From contig CAYSEQ010000002.1 of assembly GCA_964430475.1 (NCBI GenBank), positions 71,706-135,705 of the forward strand: a stretch of DNA of 64,000 bases, written 5' to 3'. The position numbers were made by a program, and so were the translations under genes. The notes under the pieces are model-generated. The model was not told where the DNA came from, ran no database searches, and worked only from the letters and a program-made list of their open reading frames with translations. Below are positions 28,077 through 38,377 of this stretch, one piece after another (the first letter of the stretch is position 1; every line of letters begins with the position of its first letter). The stretch comes from an uncultured Gammaproteobacteria bacterium (GTDB lineage: Bacteria; Patescibacteriota; Microgenomatia; UBA8517).

Positions 28077-29428
28077 ATCTGGTAAAAATTTACAAAAAGC
28101 GATTTTTATTTTTTTTAGTCATTCTAATTGGTTTTTTGTTAAGGATATATCTAACCCGATTCGGTAATTTTGGAGATGTAAATGCTTTTGCAGAATGGGG
28201 AAAAAGATTTTGGGAATTAAATCCAAAAGATTTTTATTTTGACAAAAATTGGTATTATACATTTCCAACTTACCCACCCATTTCAATGTTTATGCTCGGG
28301 TTTCTATATTGGGTTTATGACAAGCGTTATATTTTGGCGGAAATACACAATGCGACAAAACTTGTTCCCTCAGCCTTTATTTTGTATTTCAATACACCTG
28401 TACCCAAAGACCCATTTTTAAATACCTTTGGTTATTATCTTCTTCTGAAACTGCCCGCAATAATTGCTGATATTTTTTTATCTATCCTTATTTACAATAT
28501 AGTTTTAACTTTAACAAGAAATAAAAAAAAGGCAATCTTCTCTTTTTTATTTTATATTCTTAGCCCAGTGAGTCTTTTTATATCTGGCGTTTGGGGACAA
28601 ACAGAAAGTTTAGTCTCTCTTTTTGGTTTGGTATCCTTTTTATTATTACTTAATAGGAGGTTTTCAATTTCACTTCTATCGATGTTTTTAAGCTTGTATT
28701 TGAAACCGACCTGGGTAGTATTTTTGCCTCTTTACCTTGCAATAATTTTTTACAACCGGCGAGAACTAACAAAGATTTTTATTGGAATTTTAATTTGCCT
28801 TGGGATGTTTTTTATTTCTACCTTTCCTTTTTCAGGGAAGGACATTTGGGGTTTTTCAAAAAAGGTGGTTTACGAAAACTTTAGTCCAGAAGCAAAGGGT
28901 GATACCAAGACTTCAACCTCACTTTTTAATTTCTATTCAATTTTTCTTCCCATAGATAAAGTGCTTTCTTCAGATAAAATCTTTAAGACGATATCGTTTA
29001 ACGATCTGAGTCTTATTTTTTATGTTCTTATCAACCTGATTGCTCTTAATATTCTTAGGAAAGAAAAAGAAATTTCACTAGCTACCCTTGTAAAACTTAT
29101 CTTCATCGTGGGTTTTGGGACTCCGTTGTTTTTAGTTGGTATGCTTGAAAGGTATCTTTTTATTGGATTTCTACCGATGATTATTCTTGGATTTATGACC
29201 CCAAAGACATTAAAATATGTGGCAGTAATAAACACCATTTTCTTCTTGAACTTAATTTGGTCTTATTTTCGAAGAAGTTCCTCAGAAGTTGATTTATTGT
29301 TTACAGGTAATAATTTTTTGTTAATTAGACTTTTTTCTTTGATAAATACGCTCTTTTATCTTTTTTGGCTTAAAAAGATATTTCTAGAAAAGAAGTCTTG
29401 GCGACTAACTTTTAAAACACTAATTTGA
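28073..29428 (+). CDS. PIG-V/DUF2029-like GT-C membrane glycosyltransferase candidate
   Basis: ATGA overlap with the upstream gene. YYTFPTYPPISMF and ISGVWGQTESL motifs are shared with 44871 and 46191. About 10 TM segments. Confidence 0.45.
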   Translation: MNLVKIYKKRFLFFLVILIGFLLRIYLTRFGNFGDVNAFAEWGKRFWELNPKDFYFDKNWYYTFPTYPPISMFMLGFLYWVYDKRYILAEIHNATKLVPSAFILYFNTPVPKDPFLNTFGYYLLLKLPAIIADIFLSILIYNIVLTLTRNKKKAIFSFLFYILSPVSLFISGVWGQTESLVSLFGLVSFLLLLNRRFSISLLSMFLSLYLKPTWVVFLPLYLAIIFYNRRELTKIFIGILICLGMFFISTFPFSGKDIWGFSKKVVYENFSPEAKGDTKTSTSLFNFYSIFLPIDKVLSSDKIFKTISFNDLSLIFYVLINLIALNILRKEKEISLATLVKLIFIVGFGTPLFLVGMLERYLFIGFLPMIILGFMTPKTLKYVAVINTIFFLNLIWSYFRRSSSEVDLLFTGNNFLLIRLFSLINTLFYLFWLKKIFLEKKSWRLTFKTLI

Positions 29429-29437
29429 TTAACGACT

Positions 29438-30931
29438 ATGGCGAATATAAATTTTAATGACCACTTGGATTCTACTAACGAGATGACTTTAGAAATGGTA
29501 AAAATGCGTGCTCTAAAAGGTGTTTTAGTCTTAACAGGACGAACTTTCTTTTTAAATGCACTTTCATTTTTCGCAACACTATTGCTGACTATATTTCTTG
29601 AACCGAAAGACTTTGGGATTTTCTGGATAGTCTCAGCGGTTGTAAATTTTTTGGCTTATTTTTCAGATATAGGTCTTGCAGCTGCCTTGATTCAAAAAAG
29701 GAAAAGGGTTACTTATGAGGAGTTAAAGACTACTTTTACAATACAAGAAGGGTTGGTTCTTTCCCTTTCTTTAGGAGTTCTTGTTATAACCCCCTTTTTG
29801 CAGGAGCATTATCATTTGTCTAAAGAAGGAACGATGCTTCTTTGGGCACTTCTTTTTTCGTTTGTCTTATCATCGCTAAAGACCATTCCATCCGTACTTT
29901 TAGAAAGAGAGCTTAAATTTACGACGCTTGTAATTCCTCAAATTTTGGAAAATTTAAGCTACAATATCACCTCGGTTATTTTAGCTTGGAAGGGCTTCGG
30001 TATTAGTAGTTTTACATATGCGGTAGTTATACGCGGTGTAGTGGGATTAGCCTCAATGTATATCCTTAAGCCCTGGAGACCTGGGATTTCTTTGAATAGA
30101 AGTGCTTTAAAAAGACTTTTAAGTTTTGGCTTGCCTTATCAAGCCAACACCTTACTTGCGGTTATAAAAGATGATGGTATGACATTGGTGCTGGGTTCGA
30201 TTCTAGGTGCCAATGGCGTAGGTCTTTTGGGATGGGCCCAAAAATGGGCCTATATGCCCTTAAGGCTTTTTATGGATCATGTCTTAAAAGTCACCTTTCC
30301 AGCTTTTAGTAGAATTCAAGCTAAGAAAAAAGAATTAAGTTCAGCAGTTTCCCTATCCATCTTTTTTATTTGCTTTCTTGTATTTCCGACAACAGCAGGT
30401 CTTTTAGTGGTTGCACCTACTCTTATTGAGATTGTACCGCGTTATGAGAAGTGGAGGCCGGCTTTACTAGTCCTTAGTCTGGTGAGTGTCAACACATTTT
30501 TTGCTGCCTTTACCACACAACTTACCAATTTACTCAACGCTATCGGCAAAATTAGATTGACATTTAAGTTAATGTTGATGTGGACAATTTTAACCTGGAT
30601 CCTGGTTCCAACATTAGGAAAATTTTATAACCTCAACGGAGCAGCACTTGGCTATGCAATTGTTGGATTAAGTTCAGTGGTTGCGTTTTATGTATCTTAC
30701 AGAATCCTAAAATTTGATTTCTTGAAAAGTGTGGGTATTCCAGGAGTTGCAACCTTCATAATGGTGTTGGTTTTAATAGGAATTAAAACTTTTCTCAAAC
30801 CTAACTTTTTATCGGTAGTGATTATTTCAATTTCAGGCTTAATTATTTATCTTGGGGTTATGTATATTTTAGCTGGAAGTTTTTTTGTCAAAAACCTTAA
30901 GAAAGGATTGGATACCATTTTTCGTAAATGA
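29438..30931 (+). CDS. Wzx-like oligosaccharide/polysaccharide flippase (MOP superfamily, Polysacc_synt)
   Basis: 497 aa with about 12-14 TM segments. The N-terminal cytoplasmic helix, IFWIVSAVVNFLAYFSDIGLAAALIQ and the central loop are consistent with the Polysacc_synt family. Confidence 0.7.
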   Translation: MANINFNDHLDSTNEMTLEMVKMRALKGVLVLTGRTFFLNALSFFATLLLTIFLEPKDFGIFWIVSAVVNFLAYFSDIGLAAALIQKRKRVTYEELKTTFTIQEGLVLSLSLGVLVITPFLQEHYHLSKEGTMLLWALLFSFVLSSLKTIPSVLLERELKFTTLVIPQILENLSYNITSVILAWKGFGISSFTYAVVIRGVVGLASMYILKPWRPGISLNRSALKRLLSFGLPYQANTLLAVIKDDGMTLVLGSILGANGVGLLGWAQKWAYMPLRLFMDHVLKVTFPAFSRIQAKKKELSSAVSLSIFFICFLVFPTTAGLLVVAPTLIEIVPRYEKWRPALLVLSLVSVNTFFAAFTTQLTNLLNAIGKIRLTFKLMLMWTILTWILVPTLGKFYNLNGAALGYAIVGLSSVVAFYVSYRILKFDFLKSVGIPGVATFIMVLVLIGIKTFLKPNFLSVVIISISGLIIYLGVMYILAGSFFVKNLKKGLDTIFRK

Positions 30932-30937
30932 TTCAGA

Positions 30938-32704
30938 ATGAAAGTTATTTTTAGAATACCTCATAACCTAAACATAAAAAACTTATACCTTATTTTGGTC
31001 TTCTTTCTCGCACTACTTCCCCGAGTATATAAACTGAATAAATTTCCTCCAAGTATGATACATGATGAATTAAATTATGTTATGAATGCTAAGTCGCTTT
31101 GGACAACCGGCAAAAACATTCCACTTACCGCGTCAGCGCTTTTTTCCTGGGGAGAGTCGGAATTTGATGTTGTAATTTCAGAATTGCCATCTTTGATAAT
31201 TGCACCTTGGGTAGGAATAAACGACCTAAGTCAGTTAAATGTAAGAATTTTCTATGCATTTTTATCCTCTTTATCAGTCGTTCTAATTTATTTGATAGTT
31301 GAGACTCTTTTAAACAAAGAAGTGGCTTTCTTCACGGGTTTTGTTGCTGCTTTTAATCCCTGGAGCATTCATATCGGACGAACCGCACTTGAAGTGAATT
31401 TTGCCATCTTTTTCTTTCTTTTGGGTACTCTACTTTTTTTGAGAAGTAAAACCTTAAAGACTTTGTTTGCGTTTCCATTTTTCTTGGCAGGATTTTTATC
31501 TTACTTAGGTGCAAAGCTACATTTTTTTCCATGGATAATGATCTTACTGATTTATAAATGGTTGGAATTAAAGGAAGAAAATAAAAAGAAAGGATACCTT
31601 TTGATCTTTGGCATTTTAAGTTTTGCGGTACTTGTTTTTTATACTCTAACTTTGTCTTTCCAACCCGCAGGTTCAAGAAAGGGTGAACTTACATTTTTTA
31701 ACGAAAGTTGGGCTTCGAAAATTGTGGACACGGAAAGGCGTTTAGCGATTCCAAACCAAGGATTAAGAATTTTTTCAAATAAATTAACAGTCACGCTAAA
31801 AAGAGCAGGCGATGTTTATCTGAAAGCTTTCTCAACCGTAGGTTTGTTCTCACGGGGTGAAACGGTTTCGGTATATTCTCTTTGGGAATACGGACAATTC
31901 CATTTTCTGGATTTTATTTTAATCTTGGTTGGATTTGTGGGCCTTTATTTTTTTAATCGTCGGATTTTTTGGTTGATATCGTTTCTGGTGCTTCTTGGAC
32001 CTTGGGTTTCGGCTATTGATCTGGTTGAGGAAACTTACGCGATTAGAGCCTTCCCTACTTATATTTTTTTGTGGGTATTTGCGGGTTTCGGATTTTGGTA
32101 CCTTTCAAAATCAAAAAGACAAAAATTAATTTTTAGTCTTATATTGATTTTGTATTTTTTCAGCATTGCCTATTTTATAAACCTTTATTTATATCGCTAT
32201 CCTATTTATTCTGCAGAACGCTGGTTTTTTAGCGAAAGAATTTTATCAAGTTATATCAAAAGGGTCTTGGCAAAATACCCCGGAACCAAGATTTATGTTT
32301 CTTCGGTTGAATCTCCAAAGATTGTCTTTGAGAATTTCCTATTTTATACAGGACTTTACAACACAAAAGATCAGGTAATTTATGCTAATTCTAGATTAAA
32401 AGATAAGGTATTTGGAATCGGGAATGTAACTTTTATGCATGGCTGTCCATTTGGGAGTGAAAAGGATATTAGCCCTGATTATGTGCTAATTTCACATCAA
32501 AGGTTTAAATGCCTTGAAGAAAGTCAAGAAAGAAGAGGAATCGTTGATCTTAAGGATGCAGGAACGGTGTTTGTAATAAGTGATGATAAGCTTTGTAGGG
32601 GCTTTGAGTTGCCAAGGTACTATAGACCAATGAATGATAAAATCTTTGATATAGAAAGTCTAAGTGATGAAGATTTTTGTAGGAATTGGATTGTAGCATT
32701 TTAG
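30938..32704 (+). CDS. ArnT/PMT_2-like GT-C glycosyltransferase, outlying member of the downstream 11-copy array family
   Basis: HDELNYVMNAKSLW.TGKN and NPWSIHIGRTALEVN match the family motifs DEAxxGYxAYS and SPWHIHFSRGAWEAN. Polytopic, with a C-terminal soluble domain. Confidence 0.6.
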   Translation: MKVIFRIPHNLNIKNLYLILVFFLALLPRVYKLNKFPPSMIHDELNYVMNAKSLWTTGKNIPLTASALFSWGESEFDVVISELPSLIIAPWVGINDLSQLNVRIFYAFLSSLSVVLIYLIVETLLNKEVAFFTGFVAAFNPWSIHIGRTALEVNFAIFFFLLGTLLFLRSKTLKTLFAFPFFLAGFLSYLGAKLHFFPWIMILLIYKWLELKEENKKKGYLLIFGILSFAVLVFYTLTLSFQPAGSRKGELTFFNESWASKIVDTERRLAIPNQGLRIFSNKLTVTLKRAGDVYLKAFSTVGLFSRGETVSVYSLWEYGQFHFLDFILILVGFVGLYFFNRRIFWLISFLVLLGPWVSAIDLVEETYAIRAFPTYIFLWVFAGFGFWYLSKSKRQKLIFSLILILYFFSIAYFINLYLYRYPIYSAERWFFSERILSSYIKRVLAKYPGTKIYVSSVESPKIVFENFLFYTGLYNTKDQVIYANSRLKDKVFGIGNVTFMHGCPFGSEKDISPDYVLISHQRFKCLEESQERRGIVDLKDAGTVFVISDDKLCRGFELPRYYRPMNDKIFDIESLSDEDFCRNWIVAF

Positions 32705-32712
32705 TAGAGCAT

Positions 32713-34437
32713 ATGTTAAAAAAAATTAAAGCTTTTCTACACATCAAAGAGAATTTTTGGCTTTTTCTTCTTATAATTTCCGGTTCTTTGACTTGGTCTT
32801 TAGTAATGTTTAAAAGCGGTCTTGTCTTTTCTTACGGTATGGGATTTTGGGGTCCTAATGCTCATGATGGTGTTTGGCATATTGCTTTGGCAAAAAGTTT
32901 AGCTAAGGGTTCATGGGAGATGCCGATTTTTGCTGGTGAAAAAATAAAAAATTATCACATCGGATTTGATCTTATTCTTGCAGTGATCCATAAAATAACA
33001 TTTATTCCAATACACAACCTTTATTTCCAAATTCTGCCCCCGATATTTAGCGTTTTAGTTGGTGTTCTCGTTTATCTTTTCGTCTATAGGTGGCAACGAT
33101 CTAAAATCAAGGCTTTTTGGTCTTTGTTTTTTGTTTATTTTGGAGGGAGTTGGGGTTGGGTTATAAGTTTGATAAGGAACGGGAGATTGGATGGTGAATC
33201 GATGTTTTGGTCTCAACAATCAATCTCTACCCTTCTTAATCCCCCCTTCGCCCTTTCTTTGATTCTAATTTTCTTAGGATTTCTGTGTTTAAAGATTGGC
33301 CTAGATAAGAGTGATGTTAAATTTTTGACTGTTGCAGGCTTCCTTTTCGGAATTCTTTCCCAGATTAAGGTGTATGCTGGAATACTCATCCTTCTTAGTC
33401 TTTTTTTGGGAGGAATTTATGACTTACTGAAGAAAAGGAGTACAAATCTTATCAAGGTGTTTACAAGTAGTTTGGTCGTTTCTATTTTGCTTTTCCCTTC
33501 GGTAGATTTGGAAGCTGAACAATTAGTAGTATTTAAACCGTTTTGGTTTTTGGAAACTATGATGCTTTTTCCTGACAGGTTGGGATGGACCAAGTTTGGC
33601 GAAGCAATGATTAACTATAAGCTTGGAGCGATTTGGAGTAAGGCAATTTTAGCTTATGTTTTAGCCCTTCTTATATTTTTAGTGGGAAACATGGGTACCA
33701 GGATAGTTTCTTTCTTCGGATTATTAAAATGGATATCGAGAGGAAAGCCTACCCCTTCCAACTACAAATACATCGATGTATTGGTAATTACGATGTTGGT
33801 TCTGGGGATTTTCTTTCCATTGATGTTTGTTCAGTCAGGAACGCCTTGGAATACTATCCAATTTTTTTATTATGCCTTAGTCTTTTCAGGGATTCTGGCG
33901 GGGATTGTGATGGGCGAGTCTATCCAACACTTACGGTCAAACCTAATGAAGTATTTTTTGGGTATTAGCATAATTTTTTTCACAATACCTACTACGGTTG
34001 GCACTTTATGGTTTCATTATTTACCCTCAAGACCACCCGCAAAGATTTCAAACGAGGAACTTGAGGCTCTAGAATTTCTTTCGAAAGAACCTGACGGAGT
34101 GGTTTTGACTTTGCCGTTTGATAAAAAATATTCTGATGCATGGGTAGTTCCGCCATTACCCATTTACCTTTACGAATCAACCGCGTATGTATCTGCATTT
34201 ACAGGGAAGGCAGTGTATTTTGAAGATGAAGTCAATTTGAGAATAATTGGTTATAATTTTGGGGAGAGGAGGAAAGGGGTCGAAGAATTTTTCTTAAATC
34301 CCAACGCTGATTTTCTGCGTGAGAACAAAATCACCTACATTTACATACCCAAAAATTTAATAAAAAACAGTTTAGAAAATATCGGATTAGAAAAAATTTT
34401 TGAGAATAAAGAAGTGGTCATCTATACTAACTTATAA
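32713..34437 (+). CDS. unknown polytopic membrane protein (candidate novel GT-C or polymerase/ligase-like)
   Basis: About 575 aa with at least 12 TM segments. Distinctive loop FWGPNAHDGVWHIALAKSL. No match to the other three families. ATG at 32713; the ORF track begins at TTG 32686. Confidence 0.4.
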   Translation: MLKKIKAFLHIKENFWLFLLIISGSLTWSLVMFKSGLVFSYGMGFWGPNAHDGVWHIALAKSLAKGSWEMPIFAGEKIKNYHIGFDLILAVIHKITFIPIHNLYFQILPPIFSVLVGVLVYLFVYRWQRSKIKAFWSLFFVYFGGSWGWVISLIRNGRLDGESMFWSQQSISTLLNPPFALSLILIFLGFLCLKIGLDKSDVKFLTVAGFLFGILSQIKVYAGILILLSLFLGGIYDLLKKRSTNLIKVFTSSLVVSILLFPSVDLEAEQLVVFKPFWFLETMMLFPDRLGWTKFGEAMINYKLGAIWSKAILAYVLALLIFLVGNMGTRIVSFFGLLKWISRGKPTPSNYKYIDVLVITMLVLGIFFPLMFVQSGTPWNTIQFFYYALVFSGILAGIVMGESIQHLRSNLMKYFLGISIIFFTIPTTVGTLWFHYLPSRPPAKISNEELEALEFLSKEPDGVVLTLPFDKKYSDAWVVPPLPIYLYESTAYVSAFTGKAVYFEDEVNLRIIGYNFGERRKGVEEFFLNPNADFLRENKITYIYIPKNLIKNSLENIGLEKIFENKEVVIYTNL

Positions 34438-34611
34438 AGGAAGTAAGAACTTCTCTAACTTAATTAATATTTGAATTTAATACTTTTTGATTTCGGCAGT
34501 TTCTCAATAAAGTAATTTCAAAAATCCAAATTTAAAAAATAATAAAATTCTAGTAAGCTTATAAGATTAAAAAAATAAAAATAACAGGAAATTCGTGGTA
34601 AAATTTGAATT
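34438..34611. promoter_or_regulatory. AT-rich intergenic region, probable internal promoter ahead of the cytoplasmic GT block
   Basis: 174 nt non-coding with over 80 percent A+T. It is the only sizeable gap in the forward-strand run 13361..49663. Confidence 0.3.
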
Positions 34612-35511
34612 GTGGGGAAGATTTCAGTTGTCGTAAATACTTTAAACGAGGAAAAAAATTTAGGACGGGCTCTTTCTTCCGTAAAGAATATCGCCGATGA
34701 GATTGTGGTGGTAGACATGAACTCAACCGATAGGACTCTTGAGGTTGCCAAGGAATTTGGTGCGAGAATTTTCAAACATGAAAGAACAGGATATGTTGAA
34801 CCAGCAAGAAATTATGCGATAAGTAAGGCAAATAACGAATGGATTTTAATTCTTGATGCCGATGAAGAAGTTCCTGATAGCCTATCCCAAAAGATTAAGA
34901 GTATTGTTGAGAACCCTCAAGCTGACTATTTTAGAATTCCGCGTAAAAATATTATCTTTGGAAAGTGGATAAAGCACTCACGCTGGTGGCCGGATTACAA
35001 TATAAGACTTTTTAGAAAAGGGTATGTTTCTTGGAGCGAGATTATCCATTCTGTTCCAACAACTAAAGGTGTTGGATTAGATTTGGAACCTGAGGAAAAT
35101 AACGCCATAATACATTACAACTATCAGAAAGTTGAGCAATATATAGAGCGGTTAAATCGCTATACCACAGTTCAAGCCAAAAATAAACTTAACGAAGGCT
35201 ACAAATTTCAACTTAGTGATTTGATAAGGAAACCCTTTAATGAATTTTTGGGAAGATTTTTTGAAGGTGAAGGTTATAAAGATGGGTTGCATGGTTTCGC
35301 TCTAGCGGTATTACAATCTTTTTCGGAGTTTATCGTTTACCTTAAATTGTGGGAAATGCAGGGGTTTAAGGAAGAGCCCTTTGAACTTGAAGGGGTGATA
35401 GCGGAGTTTAAAGAGGCTGAATCCGATCTCCACTATTGGGAATCTGACGCTCTTCTTAAGAAAGTAGGAAGTTTGAAAGAGAGAATTAAGAGAAAATTTA
35501 AACTTTACTAA
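34612..35511 (+). CDS. GT2 glycosyltransferase, WaaE/KdtX-like
   Basis: GTG start. ISVVVNTLNEEKNL...VVVDMNSTDRT...ILDADEE. C-terminal tail ...YLKLWEMQG is shared with 36553 and 63029. Confidence 0.75.
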   Translation: MGKISVVVNTLNEEKNLGRALSSVKNIADEIVVVDMNSTDRTLEVAKEFGARIFKHERTGYVEPARNYAISKANNEWILILDADEEVPDSLSQKIKSIVENPQADYFRIPRKNIIFGKWIKHSRWWPDYNIRLFRKGYVSWSEIIHSVPTTKGVGLDLEPEENNAIIHYNYQKVEQYIERLNRYTTVQAKNKLNEGYKFQLSDLIRKPFNEFLGRFFEGEGYKDGLHGFALAVLQSFSEFIVYLKLWEMQGFKEEPFELEGVIAEFKEAESDLHYWESDALLKKVGSLKERIKRKFKLY

Positions 35512-35567
35512 CTTTAATTTAGATAACATCGTATAAGCATATTCCCGAAGAGTTACACAAGTAGAAG

Positions 35568-36512
35568 ATGAGAGTATCTATCGTAATTCTGAATTGGAAT
35601 AGACCAAAAGATACCATTGATTGTTTGGAAAGCATTTGTGAGATGTCTTTTTTGGGTCTTTATCCAACAGTAGTGTTGGTGGATAACGCTTCGACAGATG
35701 ATTCCTTGGATAAAATAAGAAATTGGGCTTCAAAAAGGTTTTCGACACAAGAAAGTCTAGGTAAAAGGTTAGAGTTTAAAATACTAAAAAATAAAGAAAA
35801 TCTGGGTTTTGCACAAGGTAATAATGTCGGAATTTTGTACTCTTTGGAGAGAAAAAGTGATTTTATTTTGTTGATAAATAATGACACCTATACAGATAAA
35901 AATATGCTTAAGTATCTTCTTGATACAGCAAAGGTTAATTCAAGAGTAGGAGCTATTTCCCCGAAAATCTATTTTGCCAAAGGTTATGAGTTTCATAAAG
36001 GAAGATATAGAAAGTCGGAGCTAGGACGGGTTATTTGGTATGCAGGGGGAAATTTAGACTGGGACAATGTCTTGGGTTTAAATCGTGGAGTCGATGAAGT
36101 TGATCATGGCCAGTATGATGAAATTTCGGAGACTGATTTTGCAACAGGGGCTTGTATGCTTTTAAGATCTACTGCCTTGAGAGAGGTTGGACTTTTCGAT
36201 CAAAGATACTTTATGTATTTTGAAGATGTTGATCTTTCTCAGAGGTTAAAAGCGGTTGGCTGGAAAGTGATGTATGATTTCAGAGCAAAGTTGTGGCACA
36301 AAGTTGCCCAAAGCTCAAAAATAGGTGGTGATCTTAATGACTACTTTATTACAAGAAATCGACTTTTGTTTGGGTTTAAGTATGCCAGACCTAGGACAAA
36401 ATTAGCAATACTTAAAGAAAGTTTTCGAATTTTGTTTTCAGGTAGAAGGTGGCAAAAAAGGGGAGTCATCGACTTTTATCTTAGGAGATTGGGCAAAGGA
36501 AGGTGGAGTTAG
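35568..36512 (+). CDS. GT2 glycosyltransferase (DxD type, rhamnosyl/hexosyltransferase-like)
   Basis: VSIVILNWNR...VLVDNASTDDS...GFAQGNN...INNDT...YFEDVDLSQR. Confidence 0.8.
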   Translation: MRVSIVILNWNRPKDTIDCLESICEMSFLGLYPTVVLVDNASTDDSLDKIRNWASKRFSTQESLGKRLEFKILKNKENLGFAQGNNVGILYSLERKSDFILLINNDTYTDKNMLKYLLDTAKVNSRVGAISPKIYFAKGYEFHKGRYRKSELGRVIWYAGGNLDWDNVLGLNRGVDEVDHGQYDEISETDFATGACMLLRSTALREVGLFDQRYFMYFEDVDLSQRLKAVGWKVMYDFRAKLWHKVAQSSKIGGDLNDYFITRNRLLFGFKYARPRTKLAILKESFRILFSGRRWQKRGVIDFYLRRLGKGRWS

Positions 36513-36552
36513 AAGTTAGTCTTATTACTTTTTAAAGGAGAGTTTTATTAAA

Positions 36553-37320
36553 ATGCTAATTTCGGCTATCATTATTGCCAAAAACGAGGAGAAGAAAATA
36601 AAGGACTGTCTTTCTTCTATTAAGAAACTTTGTGATGAAGTAATTTTAGTGGATTCGGGTTCAGAAGATAAGACTTTAGAGATTGCAAAGAAATTTGAAG
36701 CTCATGTTTATAAGTCAGAAACGAACAATTTCAGTAGGTTGAGAAATGAAGGTTTAAAACATGCGAAGGGGGTTTGGGTTTTATACATAGATGCCGACGA
36801 GAGAATAACGCCGGAACTTGCTGAAGAAATATTGGAAAAGATTAAGGATGAGGGATCAGGTGGCAGTAATATTTTTGCCTATGCTATTCCAAGGAGAAAC
36901 TTTATTTTAGGAAAAGAATTAAAATATGGTGGATGGTGGCCTGATTATGTTAAAAGGCTATTTAAAAAAGAAAAACTTAAAAAATGGGTTGGGGAATTAC
37001 ATGAAGAGCCAATTTTTGATGGAAATTTGGGACTTCTAAAAAATCCCCTTCTGCATATTAAGCACGATAACCTTGAGGATATGGTTGTCAAAACCAATGC
37101 TTGGTCGGAAATAGAGGCAAAATTGATGTATAAGGCAAGGCATCCGAAAATGAACATCTTCCGTTTTTGTTCTGCTGTCTTTCGGGAATTTTGGCTTAGA
37201 TTTATTAAAGAAAAAGCCTTTCTCGATGGCAAAGTGGGTATAATCTATGCGGTGTATCAGGTTTATAGTAAATTTTTCTCTTATGCCAAACTTTGGGAGA
37301 TGCAACTTAAGCAAAAGTGA
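36553..37320 (+). CDS. GT2 glycosyltransferase, WaaE/KdtX-like (paralog of 34612)
   Basis: ISAIIIAKNEEKKI...ILVDSGSEDKT...IDADER...AKLWEMQ. Confidence 0.75.
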   Translation: MLISAIIIAKNEEKKIKDCLSSIKKLCDEVILVDSGSEDKTLEIAKKFEAHVYKSETNNFSRLRNEGLKHAKGVWVLYIDADERITPELAEEILEKIKDEGSGGSNIFAYAIPRRNFILGKELKYGGWWPDYVKRLFKKEKLKKWVGELHEEPIFDGNLGLLKNPLLHIKHDNLEDMVVKTNAWSEIEAKLMYKARHPKMNIFRFCSAVFREFWLRFIKEKAFLDGKVGIIYAVYQVYSKFFSYAKLWEMQLKQK

Positions 37321-37351
37321 ATGAGATGATATTTTTAGAAAAGTAAAAAAA

Positions 37352-38377
37352 ATGAAAGCTGGAATTTTTAATCCGTATCTAGATACTTTAGGTGGTGGTG
37401 AAAGATATACGCTATCTTTAGCGCGTGTTTTGTTGGAGAATGGATTTGATGTTGATATTCAATGGGAAAACCCTTCAATTAAAATTAAGCTAAAAGAAAG
37501 GTTTGGCATTGATGTGAGTGGAATACGCTTTGTTAAAGATATAAAAAGGGGCGATGGTTACGATGTATGTTTTTGGGTTTCAGATGGAAGTATTCCTCTT
37601 TTGAAGGCAAGGAAAAACTTTCTACATTTTCAGGTTCCTTTTAAGGATGTGGGGGGCAAAACTCTTCTCAATAGGATGAAGTTATTTAGGATTGATAAAG
37701 TAATAGTTAATTCAAAATTTACTAAGAAGTTTATTGATAAAGAATATGGGGTAGACAGTGTTGTGGTATATCCTCCTGTCCCTGTAGATAAAATAAAGGC
37801 TAAGAGAAAGGAGAAGTTGATCATTTATGTGGGGCGTTTTTCTTCTTTGGCTCAGTCGAAAAGACAGGATGTTTTGATTAAAGCTTTCAAAAAACTTTAC
37901 AACATTGGTTTTAAGGATTGGAGAATGATTTTAGCTGGTGGGGTGGAAGTGGGAGTAAAAGATGAACTGAGGAGTTTGAAAACAAAATCTGAAGGGTATC
38001 CAATTGAAATTTTAGAAAGCCCCTCCTTCGAGACGCTAAAAGAGCTTTACGGAAAAGCAAAGATTTTTTGGTCAGCAGCGGGATTTGGCATAGATGAGGA
38101 TAAGTGCCCTCAGAAAGTAGAACATTTTGGAATTACAGTCGTTGAGGCTATGGCTGCTGGGGTTGTCCCTATAGTCTACGAAGCGGGTGGGCCAAAGGAA
38201 GTTATTAAAAATGGGGAAAATGGTTTCCTGTGGAGGAAAGAATCTCAGTTGATAAGGATTACTAGCGATTTAATTAAAAATCCTTCTACCTTGTTTTCTA
38301 TATCTAAGAAAGCAAGAGAGGAAAGCGGAAACTATAGTTATGAGAAATTTAAAGAAAGTTTTACAAAACTTCTTTAA
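37352..38377 (+). CDS. GT4 (GT-B fold) glycosyltransferase
   Basis: C-terminal domain EHFGITVVEAMAAGVVPIV...G.ENG matches the GT4 EX7E-type motif. 341 aa. Confidence 0.85.
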   Translation: MKAGIFNPYLDTLGGGERYTLSLARVLLENGFDVDIQWENPSIKIKLKERFGIDVSGIRFVKDIKRGDGYDVCFWVSDGSIPLLKARKNFLHFQVPFKDVGGKTLLNRMKLFRIDKVIVNSKFTKKFIDKEYGVDSVVVYPPVPVDKIKAKRKEKLIIYVGRFSSLAQSKRQDVLIKAFKKLYNIGFKDWRMILAGGVEVGVKDELRSLKTKSEGYPIEILESPSFETLKELYGKAKIFWSAAGFGIDEDKCPQKVEHFGITVVEAMAAGVVPIVYEAGGPKEVIKNGENGFLWRKESQLIRITSDLIKNPSTLFSISKKAREESGNYSYEKFKESFTKLL

